Shown: positions 33,012 to 42,600 of the stretch, one piece after another
Layout: the number at the start of each line of letters is the position of its first letter
Numbering within the stretch: position 1 is the stretch's first letter
Origin: a virus
Lineage: Duplodnaviria > Caudoviricetes
Direction: 5' to 3' (one strand)
DNA: 53,432 nt
IMG/VR virus record: IMGVR_UViG_3300002988_000051
Coordinates: 1-53,432 of that record
Translations under genes and position numbers: made by a program
The notes under the pieces: generated by a model
Database searches by the model: none
Seen by the model: the letters and a program-made list of their open reading frames with translations, nothing else
Told to the model about the DNA's origin: nothing

Positions 33012-35353
33012 AACTCTCGCCCGTCCAGCAGTCCTTCAACGCGGGAGAGTTTTCCCCGCGTCTCATGGCGCGTACGGATTTTCCGAAGTACGGCTTCGCC
33101 GGAGAGGTGGTGGAGAATTTTCTTATGCTTCAGCAAGGAGGCATGATGCGGAGGCCGGGGACGCGGTTTGTCGCCGAGGTCAAATCCGGCGCCTCCGCCG
33201 TCCGCCTGCTTCCCTTCGTCTTCGGCGACGACCAAGCCTACATCATTGAGGCCGGCGACGTCGGGGGAAGCGATGGGGGGTATTTCCGTTTCTACATGAA
33301 CAAGGGGCAAATTCAGAAGGATGCCGCCCCCTACGAGATTCAGACGCCCTACGCGGCGGATGATCTGCGGGGAATCCGTTTCGCCCAGTCCGCCGACGTG
33401 ATGTATCTCGCCCACCCGACGCCGGGACCGCGACAACTTTCCCGGTCTGGACATACGTCGTGGTCGATCGGCAAGCCCGCCTTTACGCACGGCCCATACA
33501 TCGAGAACGCGACGGATACGACGCTGGTCGCATCCGACATCGAGGGGAGCGTGGCGATCACCGCGTCGTCGACGGTGGGGATCAATGACGGGGCCGGATT
33601 CAAATCCACCGACGTGGGAAGAATGATCCGGCTGTACGAGGGGTGGTGCGTGATCACCTCCGTCGTTTCCACCACCAAAGTGACGGCGGACGTAAAAAAG
33701 GTCGACGGCTTCAGCCTGTTGTTGCCGAAGTACACGACAAACACGATCCGCTTCAAGGAAGGCGATCCATCCAACACCGGCGACTTGCACAACGACAGCG
33801 TACTTGACTCCGCGGGAAAGTTCGTCGAGTACAATTTCAAAGTCGACCAGCGTTTCACGGTTTCCGGGTCCGCATCGAACAACGGCGACTTCCGAATCGT
33901 CTATGTCGATTCCGGACAGATGAAACTCGCCATCGCTTTCGACGTGACCGACGAGAGCGCCGGAGCGACCGTAACGCTCAAAGGGAAACCGGAGGCCACC
34001 ACGGATTGGGGGCTTGGCTGCTGGTCGGACAGCACGGGATGGCCCGTCGCCGTCGGCTTCCATGAGGAGCGGCTGTACTGGGCCGGAACATCTTACCAGC
34101 CTCAGACGTTTTGGGGTTCGACGGTCGGTGATTTTCTCGACCACGCGCCCGGATCGAACGACGACAACGCACTCAACTACCAGATCACGTCAGGCGACAT
34201 CAACGTCATCCGCTGGCTGGCGTCATCCGAGATCCTTATGGTCGGCACCGCCGGAGCGGAGTTCAAGGTGACGAGCGACGGACCGGTCTTGACACCCACC
34301 GACGTGCAGGTCCGTCGCGTTTCCACCCACGGCTCAAGCGAGCTTCCCCCGGTTCAGGTCGGAAACGTTGTCCTGTTCGCTCAGCGCAATAATCGAAAAC
34401 TTTGGGAGTTCGCGTATTCGAACGATCAGGGGTCATACGTCTCCCAAGACTTGACCACGCTATCCCAGCACATCACCGGAGGAGGCTTGACGGCGACGGC
34501 GTGGCAGGAGCAGCCGGACAGCTTGTTTTGGGGCGCCAGATCCGACGGTCAAGTCTGCGTCCTCACTTACAAGCGCGACCAGGATGTCGTGGGCTGGTCG
34601 AGGCAAATTCTCGGCGGCGCGTTCGGATCCGGCGCGGCGGTCGTTGAGAGCGTCGCCGTCATCCCCTCATCGACGAGCGATGTCGACGAGGTGTGGATGG
34701 TCGTCAAGCGGACGATCGACGGGGAGACGCGGAGGTACGTGGAGGTTCTGGAGGAGCCGTTCTCCGGCCCTCGCCGCGACGACTTCTCCGGTATCGACGC
34801 GTGGAAGGCGGCGGTGCGCGAGGGTCAGAAGGAGGCGTTTCACGTCGATTCTGGACTGACCTATTCCGGAGATCCGGCGACGGAGATTTCCGGCCTGGAT
34901 CACCTTGAGGGAGAGACGGTCGCGATCCTGGCGGACGGGTGGGTCCACCCGGAACGCGTCGTCTCCGGCGGCAAGATCACACTCGACTCCGCCGCGTCGG
35001 TCGTCACGGTCGGGCTGCCGTACGTCTCCCGGTTCAAGTCGACAAAGCCGGTCATTTCCGGTCCCGACGGGGGGACGTCGATCGGAAAGCCGAAGCGCGT
35101 CTCGTCGGTCGGAGTCTACGCTCTCGACGCGTCGGAATGCCTCATCGGCTTGTCGTGGGACGATATGGCGGCGATCGAATACCGAGAGGTCGAAGACCCG
35201 ATGGACGCGGCGGTTCCGCTGTTTACCGGCGAAGTCACGCAATCCGTCGCCTCGGCTTCCGGTACCGACCCGCGCCTCCACCTCAAGGTCTCGCAGCCTC
35301 TTCCGTTCACGCTCCTCGCGCTCGCGCCGATCGTCACCGTGAGTTCCTTGTGA
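33008..35353 (+). CDS. Tail tubular protein B / nozzle (T7 gp12-like)
   Basis: SFNAGEFSP, GGMMRRPGT, QSADVMYLAH, WP..VGFHEERL, GLDHLEGETV; 781 aa. Confidence 0.9.
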   Translation: MKLSPVQQSFNAGEFSPRLMARTDFPKYGFAGEVVENFLMLQQGGMMRRPGTRFVAEVKSGASAVRLLPFVFGDDQAYIIEAGDVGGSDGGYFRFYMNKGQIQKDAAPYEIQTPYAADDLRGIRFAQSADVMYLAHPTPGPRQLSRSGHTSWSIGKPAFTHGPYIENATDTTLVASDIEGSVAITASSTVGINDGAGFKSTDVGRMIRLYEGWCVITSVVSTTKVTADVKKVDGFSLLLPKYTTNTIRFKEGDPSNTGDLHNDSVLDSAGKFVEYNFKVDQRFTVSGSASNNGDFRIVYVDSGQMKLAIAFDVTDESAGATVTLKGKPEATTDWGLGCWSDSTGWPVAVGFHEERLYWAGTSYQPQTFWGSTVGDFLDHAPGSNDDNALNYQITSGDINVIRWLASSEILMVGTAGAEFKVTSDGPVLTPTDVQVRRVSTHGSSELPPVQVGNVVLFAQRNNRKLWEFAYSNDQGSYVSQDLTTLSQHITGGGLTATAWQEQPDSLFWGARSDGQVCVLTYKRDQDVVGWSRQILGGAFGSGAAVVESVAVIPSSTSDVDEVWMVVKRTIDGETRRYVEVLEEPFSGPRRDDFSGIDAWKAAVREGQKEAFHVDSGLTYSGDPATEISGLDHLEGETVAILADGWVHPERVVSGGKITLDSAASVVTVGLPYVSRFKSTKPVISGPDGGTSIGKPKRVSSVGVYALDASECLIGLSWDDMAAIEYREVEDPMDAAVPLFTGEVTQSVASASGTDPRLHLKVSQPLPFTLLALAPIVTVSSL

Positions 35354-35760
35354 TGCTGGAGATCGTCCCGCTCACGATTGAGAGCGCCCGCGCCGTGTCG
35401 CCGGACGTCGCCGACATCATCGCGGCGCGCGGACCGGGCGGTCCGGCGTGGGCCGCTCTCGTCGACGGCTCTCCGATCGCGATCGGCGGCTTCTCGATCA
35501 TTCATGAGGGGTGCGCCGAGGCGTGGGTCGCGGTCGCACCGGGTTTATCCAACACCGACCGGTTGGCTCTGGCGCTGGCGGTGAAGCGCCGGTTCGCCCG
35601 CGAAAGCGCGGCCTGGAAGCGGGTGCAGGCCAGCACGGTTGTCGGCAACACGAGCGCCGCCCGGTTGACTCGGTGGCTTGGGTTCACCCCCGAGGGATTG
35701 ATGCGGGCGTGGGGCCGTGACGGCTCCGACCACATCCGGTACGCGAGGATCCGCGAATGA
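35353..35760 (+). CDS. GNAT-fold virion assembly protein (T7 gp13-like position)
   Basis: RVQAST...N..AARLTRWLGF.PEG. Confidence 0.7.
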   Translation: MLEIVPLTIESARAVSPDVADIIAARGPGGPAWAALVDGSPIAIGGFSIIHEGCAEAWVAVAPGLSNTDRLALALAVKRRFARESAAWKRVQASTVVGNTSAARLTRWLGFTPEGLMRAWGRDGSDHIRYARIRE

Positions 35761-36326
35761 TGTTCATGAAGCACCCGGCGTCGGCGTCCCGGCGCGATCC
35801 GATGATGGTGTTCGACCCGACGGCCCTCATGGCGATCGGTACCGGCATGTCGGCGATCAGCTCAATCGCCTCGGGTCAAGCCCAGGCCGACGCGGCGTCG
35901 GCGCAAGCTCAGGCCGCCGCCTACAACGCCGCCGTCCAACGCGCCCAGGCCGAACAGGAGCGGATGGCGTCGAACATCGAGGCTCAGGACCGGCGCGACC
36001 AGGGAGAGAAACAACTCGCCACGCTGCGCGCCCGCGTCGGCGGTTCCGGCGTCGACATGACCGGAACGCCCCTCACCGTCGCCGGAGGCGTGGCGAAGGA
36101 GACGGAGACCGGCGCCTCGCGCATCCTCTACGGCGGAAGTCTGCGCGCCCGCGCGCTGGAGAGCGGTGCCAAGCTCAACGACATGGCGATGAACAACTAC
36201 AACGACGCGGCGTCATCGGCCTATTCGAACGCCTTCATCGGCGCGGGAACCTCGCTTCTCGGAGGAATGTCGACGATGGCGAAGGAGGGCGGATGGTCCT
36301 TCAAAAAGACATTCGGGATATCCTGA
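35757..36326 (+). CDS. Internal virion/ejection protein (gp14-like)
   Basis: Ala/Gln-rich helices, GGSGVDMTGTPL. Confidence 0.75.
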   Translation: MMFMKHPASASRRDPMMVFDPTALMAIGTGMSAISSIASGQAQADAASAQAQAAAYNAAVQRAQAEQERMASNIEAQDRRDQGEKQLATLRARVGGSGVDMTGTPLTVAGGVAKETETGASRILYGGSLRARALESGAKLNDMAMNNYNDAASSAYSNAFIGAGTSLLGGMSTMAKEGGWSFKKTFGIS

Positions 36327-36327
36327 C

Positions 36328-38556
36328 ATGGCGATGATCCCCGGTCCCGATCCCTCCCGCCGCGTCGGCATCGCGCGCGATCCCGGTTGGCGCGCGTCCC
36401 CCGACGCTTTCGGCGCGCCCCAGGCGCAGGTCAACGCCCAAGGGACGGCGCAGATGCGTCAAGCCGGGCAGACGGTTTTCGACATCGGATCCCAGATGCG
36501 AGCCGACGCGACCGCCTCCGCGGTCAAGGCGGCTGAGAACGCTGACGACGATTGGCAGAACCAGCTTCGGCAAGACGATAACTCGGTGTGGAAGGCGAAG
36601 GGCGCCCGCGCCGCCGCCGCTCTCCCCGTGTGGCAGCAGCAGTATCGAGATCGCATCAAGACGACCGCCGAATCCATGGGAGGCGGCGAACAGGCGCGGC
36701 TCTACACCGAACGGGCCGACGCGAAGTTCAACCTGATCAATCGCGAGGCGATCACATGGGTGGGCCGGGAAACCGAGCGCGACCAAGATGCGACGGACAT
36801 CGCCCACCAATACAATCAGGCCCAGGCCGGCGCCGCGCGCTACGCCTCCGACCCCGACCTCAACATGTACCATCAGGTCGGATTGAACGATGTGCGCGAC
36901 ATGGCCGCGCGGAAAGGGCATTCGCCGGAAGTGATGGCGGCGGCGGAGTCGAAGTGGTCCGATCAATACTGGACGGGGGTCATTCAGCGGGCGGCGGTCG
37001 AGAACCCGACGCGGGCGAGAGAACTCCTTCAACGCCAGTCCGGGTTTCTGACGCCGGAATCGTTCGGACAGTTGGATAGGCTGACGAAGGAATCGTCGAC
37101 CAACGCGGCGGCTCGCGGGGTGGTCGACGGCCTGATGTCCGCCGCTCCGATCGGAAACGGGTCGCTGGCCGATCGCATCATCGCGGTCGAGAGCGGCGGA
37201 GATCCGACCGCGAAAAACACATCGAGCACCGCGACCGGAGCCGGGCAGTTCATCAACTCGACGTGGCTGGAAACAGTCAAGAAAGCCGCGCCGGATGTGG
37301 CGGCGGGAAAGTCCGACGCCGAGCTGCTGACGCTGCGGTCGGACCCCGCCCTGTCCAAGCGAATGGTTGAGGCTCTGGCGGACGACAACAAGAAAGCCCT
37401 TTCGGCGGCGGGAATCGCGCCGACCGACGGGGCGGTCTACCTCGCCCACGTCTTCGGCGCGAAGGGGGCGATCGATCTCCTCAACGCCGATCAATCCGCT
37501 CCGGTGGCGACGGTCGTCTCGCCGCAAGTCATGGCGGCCAACCCGAACCTCTCGGGGAAAACCGTCGGCGACGTCGCGGCGTGGGCGTCCTCGCGTGTCG
37601 CCGCTCCGTCCGTCGAGGCCGACCTCGCCAAGATCCGGGCGATCGAAAACCCGGATGTGAGGGGGAAGGCGATATCCATTTTCCGCACTGAACTCGCGAT
37701 GAGGGAAACGGCCAGACGCGAACAGGAATATGCTTCGCGGAGCGCCGCGTGGAAAATCGCCGTCGCCCCGGAAACCAAGTCCATCGACCAATTCGACCCC
37801 GAGACGTGGGGAAAACTCTCCGGAGAGACACAGAAAGGGATCTCCGACTACCTGGAAAAGAAGGCGAAAGGAGTCGCTGTGCAGCCGAACGACGAGAACC
37901 AACACGAATATTATCGCTTGATGGGCATCGCCTCCACCGACCCCGATCGGTTCGCCAATATGGATCTCGGCTCGTTCATCCTGAAGCTCCCGCAATCCCA
38001 ATGGCAGGGCCTCGTCGATCGCCAAGCCGCGATCAACAAGAAGGACGCGGCGGAAATGGCCAAGGCGATCGAGGTCAAGAAAACCGTCTCCGAACTGAAG
38101 CAGGACATCGACGCGGCGGGGATCAAGTTGACCGGCAAGAGAAGCCAGACCGAACTTGACCGCGCGGCGGCCTATCACGGCCAACTTGAGGAGGCGCTGA
38201 CCAACTTCCGGGAGACCAACAAGCGGCGCCCGACCCAGGACGAGGCGAACGAAATCGGGCGGAAGCTGCTGGCGTCGGGGTGGATCCCCGGACGAATCTG
38301 GGACTCGCGCGCGCGGCTGTTCGACGCGAACGCCGCGAACAACCAAGACTTCTACGTCAGGGCCGAGGACATCCCGCTCAAACACCGCGAAGAGATGACC
38401 GCGATCCTCACCAAAAGGAACGGAAAGGCGCCGACGGACCAGGAACTCAACACGGCCTACATGGGATGGTTGGTCGGGGAGCGGCGGAAGGCGAAAGCCG
38501 TTTTGAAGGAGCCGGATCCGGTCGTCGCGGACGACAAGCCGGATTACGTCCATTGA
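36328..38556 (+). CDS. Internal virion/ejection protein with lytic transglycosylase domain
   Basis: IIAVESGG...ATGAGQFINSTW...YLAHVFG SLT-like motifs within a helical protein. Confidence 0.85.
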   Translation: MAMIPGPDPSRRVGIARDPGWRASPDAFGAPQAQVNAQGTAQMRQAGQTVFDIGSQMRADATASAVKAAENADDDWQNQLRQDDNSVWKAKGARAAAALPVWQQQYRDRIKTTAESMGGGEQARLYTERADAKFNLINREAITWVGRETERDQDATDIAHQYNQAQAGAARYASDPDLNMYHQVGLNDVRDMAARKGHSPEVMAAAESKWSDQYWTGVIQRAAVENPTRARELLQRQSGFLTPESFGQLDRLTKESSTNAAARGVVDGLMSAAPIGNGSLADRIIAVESGGDPTAKNTSSTATGAGQFINSTWLETVKKAAPDVAAGKSDAELLTLRSDPALSKRMVEALADDNKKALSAAGIAPTDGAVYLAHVFGAKGAIDLLNADQSAPVATVVSPQVMAANPNLSGKTVGDVAAWASSRVAAPSVEADLAKIRAIENPDVRGKAISIFRTELAMRETARREQEYASRSAAWKIAVAPETKSIDQFDPETWGKLSGETQKGISDYLEKKAKGVAVQPNDENQHEYYRLMGIASTDPDRFANMDLGSFILKLPQSQWQGLVDRQAAINKKDAAEMAKAIEVKKTVSELKQDIDAAGIKLTGKRSQTELDRAAAYHGQLEEALTNFRETNKRRPTQDEANEIGRKLLASGWIPGRIWDSRARLFDANAANNQDFYVRAEDIPLKHREEMTAILTKRNGKAPTDQELNTAYMGWLVGERRKAKAVLKEPDPVVADDKPDYVH

Positions 38557-38583
38557 CGATTATTCGTTCTCTTTCCGAGGCGA

Positions 38584-38850
38584 TTACGAAGCATCTTCTT
38601 CGCGATTGTCTTTTATCTTCTTGCGGAGTTCTGAATTTCTCGCATCAAGAGATAGCGTTACGGTATCTGATAACTTTTGAATGAAACCTGACTTTCCCTG
38701 ACTATATAGAGCTGAAATGTTTATGATTGGGATAAGTGTTATTAGGGCGATTCTCCAATATTCATCTTTTGGCAGATGGTCATAATCTATGGCAAGCGCA
38801 ATAAAAACTAGAAAAATCACGTCGGCCAACATGGCGATTATTCTCAGCAT
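38584..38850 (-). CDS. 88-aa AT-rich two-TM protein (moron)
   Basis: GGAGGGG RBS; two hydrophobic segments; AT-rich; antisense to the late operon. Confidence 0.75.
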   Translation of the reverse strand: MLRIIAMLADVIFLVFIALAIDYDHLPKDEYWRIALITLIPIINISALYSQGKSGFIQKLSDTVTLSLDARNSELRKKIKDNREEDAS

Positions 38851-38880
38851 GATCCCCTCCCGAGCAAACGGGAGAGGAGC

Positions 38881-39000
38881 CTACCGCGGATTCTCGGGGA
38901 TGGCGAGAGCGTGGTGAACCGCCGCCGGTTCGGCCTCGCCCTTGGCGATCGCCGCGGCCTCGTTCATCGCCTCGATGAGATCGTCGCCGAACGTGGTCAT
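38881..39000 (-). CDS. 39-aa peptide resembling the N-terminus of HigA2-type antitoxins (not in ORF track)
   Basis: GAGG RBS; MTTFGDDLIEAMNEAAAIAKGEAEPAAVHHALAIPENPR. Confidence 0.5.
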   Translation of the reverse strand: MTTFGDDLIEAMNEAAAIAKGEAEPAAVHHALAIPENPR

Positions 39001-39032
39001 TTTCGCCTCTTCCAGTGGTCTTTTCTTTTGGA

Positions 39033-39323
39033 TCAGAGGTTCGAATGGTCGACACGCAGGGACAAGTTCAGCGCCTTCATCACGCCGAGAATGGTGGAGA
39101 GTTTCGGGTCTCCGTCGGACGAGAGGGATCGATACAGCGCCTCCCGCGTCACCCCGGCGTCGCGGGCGACTTGGGACATGCCGCGCGCCCTGGCGACGAT
39201 GCCGAGAGACGCGGCGATCATGGCCGGATCGCCCCCGGCGAACGCCTCCGCGAGAAGCTCGGATTGAGCCTCCGGAGACTTCAGATAATCAGCCGCGTCG
39301 AAGGGCAGCGTTTCGAGAGCCAT
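39033..39323 (-). CDS. Addiction module antidote (HTH antitoxin)
   Basis: FDAADYL...LGIVARARGMSQVARDAGVTREALYRSLS.DGDP.LST. Confidence 0.92.
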   Translation of the reverse strand: MALETLPFDAADYLKSPEAQSELLAEAFAGGDPAMIAASLGIVARARGMSQVARDAGVTREALYRSLSSDGDPKLSTILGVMKALNLSLRVDHSNL

Positions 39324-39325
39324 CG

Positions 39326-39619
39326 TCAGTCCTCCAGTTGTTCCGCCATCACCTTGGCGGTTTCGATGTCCCGATCCTGGGTCCGCTTATCGCCGCCGCA
39401 CAGCAGGATCACCACCACGTCACCTCGTCGAACGAAGTAGACGCGATACCCCGGACCGTGATCGACCCGCAGTTCGCCGATACCGCCGAAGAACTTGGCG
39501 TCACCGAACAACCCGGCTTGAAGGCGAACGACGCGTTGGGCGATCCGCTCCCGCGCCCGACCATCCCGTAGGCCGTCGAGCCAGTCACGAAACACGGCGG
39601 TTTGGCGAACTTCGAACAT
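39326..39619 (-). CDS. RelE/HigB-like addiction module toxin
   Basis: F.DWLDGLRD...GLFGDAK..GGIGELRVDHGPGYRVYF...LLCGGDK.TQDRDI. Confidence 0.92.
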   Translation of the reverse strand: MFEVRQTAVFRDWLDGLRDGRARERIAQRVVRLQAGLFGDAKFFGGIGELRVDHGPGYRVYFVRRGDVVVILLCGGDKRTQDRDIETAKVMAEQLED

Positions 39620-39626
39620 GGTGTGA

Positions 39627-39655
39627 ATTGTAGGTTACAACCGGCCCGGCGTCAA
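39627..39655 (-). promoter_or_regulatory. TA operon promoter with palindromic operator
   Basis: TTGACG-N17-TACAAT, ATG 7 nt later (leaderless); TTGTA-N3-TACAA palindrome at 39628-39640. Confidence 0.7.
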
Positions 39656-39676
39656 CGACGCGGGGCCTTTTCTTTT
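39643..39676 (+). terminator. Terminator-like hairpin ahead of the giant ejection gene
   Basis: GGCCCGGCGTC-AAC-GACGCGGGGCC-TTTTCTTTT. Confidence 0.6.
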
Positions 39677-39685
39677 GGAGCGAAC

Positions 39686-42600
39686 ATGACCGACTTCGCC
39701 GAATCCTTCTCTCGGTATCTGGACAAGCCCGCGACCGACGAAAAGGGCGCCGGAGACGCCGACGCTCAAGGCGGTTTCGCCGGGTCGTTCCGGGCGTTTC
39801 TCGACGAACGCGACGCCGAGGCGGAATCCGCCGCGAAGGCGAACCTGTATTCCGCGATGGGAACCAACCCGGATCAGGCGGCGAAGGCGGCGACGCTGGG
39901 AAAGCGCTTCGGCCTTTCGACGGACACGGTTCTCGCCGATCTCGGCAACGTCGAGCGGCGCGCGGTGCTGGAGGATCGCGACCGGGTTCTTCAGCGGTCC
40001 CCGACGTTGCGTTCGTGGCTCGCCTCCAACCCCGACGCGGCGAAACTCGTCCACGACGATCTTTCCACGACGGCGGGAGTCGCCGCCGCCGTCGATCGTT
40101 ACAACGAGGCGAACAGTCTTCCCGCGCGCGCCGCTCAGCGCCTCGGGTCGGGTTGGGCGGCGATGCGCGGCGAGCAGGATGTCCGCGGCGCGGTCATGGC
40201 GGGCGACGCGCTGAACGCGTTCGACGCGATCGACAATGGGGAGACGCCGAACGCTCTCCGGTCCCGGCTCTACGGCGAGAACGCCAAACGCCACCAGATG
40301 CTGATCGATGATCTGACCGACCAGTATTTCGGCGAGACGCCGGAAGGCCGCGCGGACATGCGGAAATCCCATCAGGACGTGTTCGACAAGAACCTGGACT
40401 CCGCCGCCGCGCGTGAGGACGAGGTGGAGGCCGCGCCGCGCAATCCCGCCGCGTCCGCCGCGATGGAGAAGGCGGGCAAGGGCGACTTCGGGGACGCGTG
40501 GGGCGCTTTCATGACCGACCCTCTGGGCGTGATCGGGCAGATCGGCATGGAATCGTTGCCGCGCGCGCTGCCCGGAATGGCCGCCGGTGTCGTCGCCGGA
40601 CCGGCGGCGGGAATGGGCGCCGGATCGTTCGTGAGCGAGTACGGCGCCCGCTTTTTGTCGGCGATGAAGGCCGAGGGCCTCGACCTGAAGAAGCCGGAGA
40701 CGCGGGCGCTTCTGCGCGATCCCGAGATCAGGAAGCGGGCGAGCGAGAAGGCCGCGACCGGCGCCGCCGTCGTCGCGGCGTTCGACGCCATGAGCGGCGG
40801 GATGGCGGGGGAGAAACTGCTGTCCGGCGCGCGGGCCGGGGCGTCGGCGGTTCGCGAGATCGCGCGCGAGGGCGCGGAGATCGCGGCGCAGTTCGGGATG
40901 CAAGCCTCTCTCGGCATGGCCGGAGAAGCCGGGGCCGAGACCGCGACCGGCGAGAAACTTCAATGGGGGCAGATCCTCGCGGAGGGCCTTGGCGAAGGCT
41001 TCGGCGCTCCCGGAGAGATGCTGTCCGCCGCCGGGAATCACGCGTTTACCCGCGCCGAACCCGTCGTCCGTCGCGCGGGAGAGGCGGAGCGCGCCAAGGT
41101 CGCGGCGGAACATATGGACGCGGCGGTTGAGGGCGTGGTGTCGTCGAAGTTGATGGAACGATCCCCCGAAGCCGCGGCGAGTCTGTTGCGGTCGCAGACC
41201 GAGGGAACCCAATCGGAGAACGTGTTCATTCCCGCGCGCGAGGCTCAAGCCTATTTCCAATCCGCCGGGGTGACGCCGGACGCGCTCGATACCATGGTTC
41301 CCGGCTTGTCCGGCCAGATCCGCGAGGCCGCGCCGATCGGGGCCGACGTGGTGATCCCGACCGCCGATTACCTGACCAGACTCGCCCCCGAGCACCATCA
41401 AGGGCTGCGCGAGGATATCCGCTCGACGGAGGGCGGAATGACCTTGCGCGAGGCGAATGATTTCGACCCGCGAAAGGCGATCGAGGAAGCCGCGTCGTCG
41501 GCTGAGGCGGATGTCGATTCGGCGTCGGCCCGAGAGACGGCGCGAGCGACGATCGCCGACGACGTGGCGAAGAGGCTCTCCGACGGCGGGTGGGTCGCGC
41601 CCGAGACGGCCAAGACCCAGGCGGAAATCATCGCCTCGTTCTTCACCACGACGGCGGAGCGGGCGGGCGTGGACCCGGAGGAGCTTTACCGGAGCGTCAA
41701 CTTCGACGTGACCCGCTCCATTCCCGACGTTCTCCGCGGAGCGGGCGAGGGTGTGCCTCCGGCGTTGTCGAAGGCGTTGGAGGATCTGCGGCGCGGGACC
41801 GGCCAAAAGTCCGACAAGACGCTGTTCGGACCGTCGCTCCTGCAATTCGTCGCCGATCGGGGTGGCGTGATCGACGAGGGCGGGGATCTTCATTCCCAAG
41901 GCGTCGACCGCTACCACGAGGGAAAGCCGTTTCAGCGGAAGGTGGTGCGGAACGACGACGGCGTTCCCCTCGACGAGATGACGCGCAAGGCGTGGGAGGC
42001 GGGATATTTCCCGGAGAGCGGCGACGAGCGCCCGACGATCAACGACCTGCGCGCGGCGATGATCGACGAGAACAACGGACGCCCGCGTTATGTGACCGAG
42101 TCCGCCGATGTCGACGCGGCGGGGCATCGCGCGGCGGTGGAGGATCTCGCCCGGACGCTCGACGAGATCGGCATAGATCCGGCCAAGCATTCCGACGCGG
42201 AGATCGTCGCGGCGTTGCGCAAGGCGGCGGACGAGGGTTCGACGATCGCGGAACAGGCGCTGGTCTACGATCAGGCCGCGCGTGATCCCATCGCGAAGGT
42301 GCTGACGGGTGATGAGGTCGCTCCCGCCGGCGAGCCGATCGAATCGCTTCGCTCGAAAGCTCGCGCGCTCATGAGGGGTTGGGTGAGTGGCGGGAAGAGC
42401 GCGGAGATCGTCAACGCCGACACCGGCATGAGGATCGGGTTTGACCGGAAGTCATTCGAGAAGGCCCCGGCGAAGATCGGTGAACGACTCCTCCGCGTCA
42501 TCCCGGCCATTCCCGACATGTTGCGCTCCGGGCATCTTTTGTCGACCGAGCCGGGAAACCGCGATGGTGTCGCGAAGCTCCACAAATTCACGTCGGCGGT

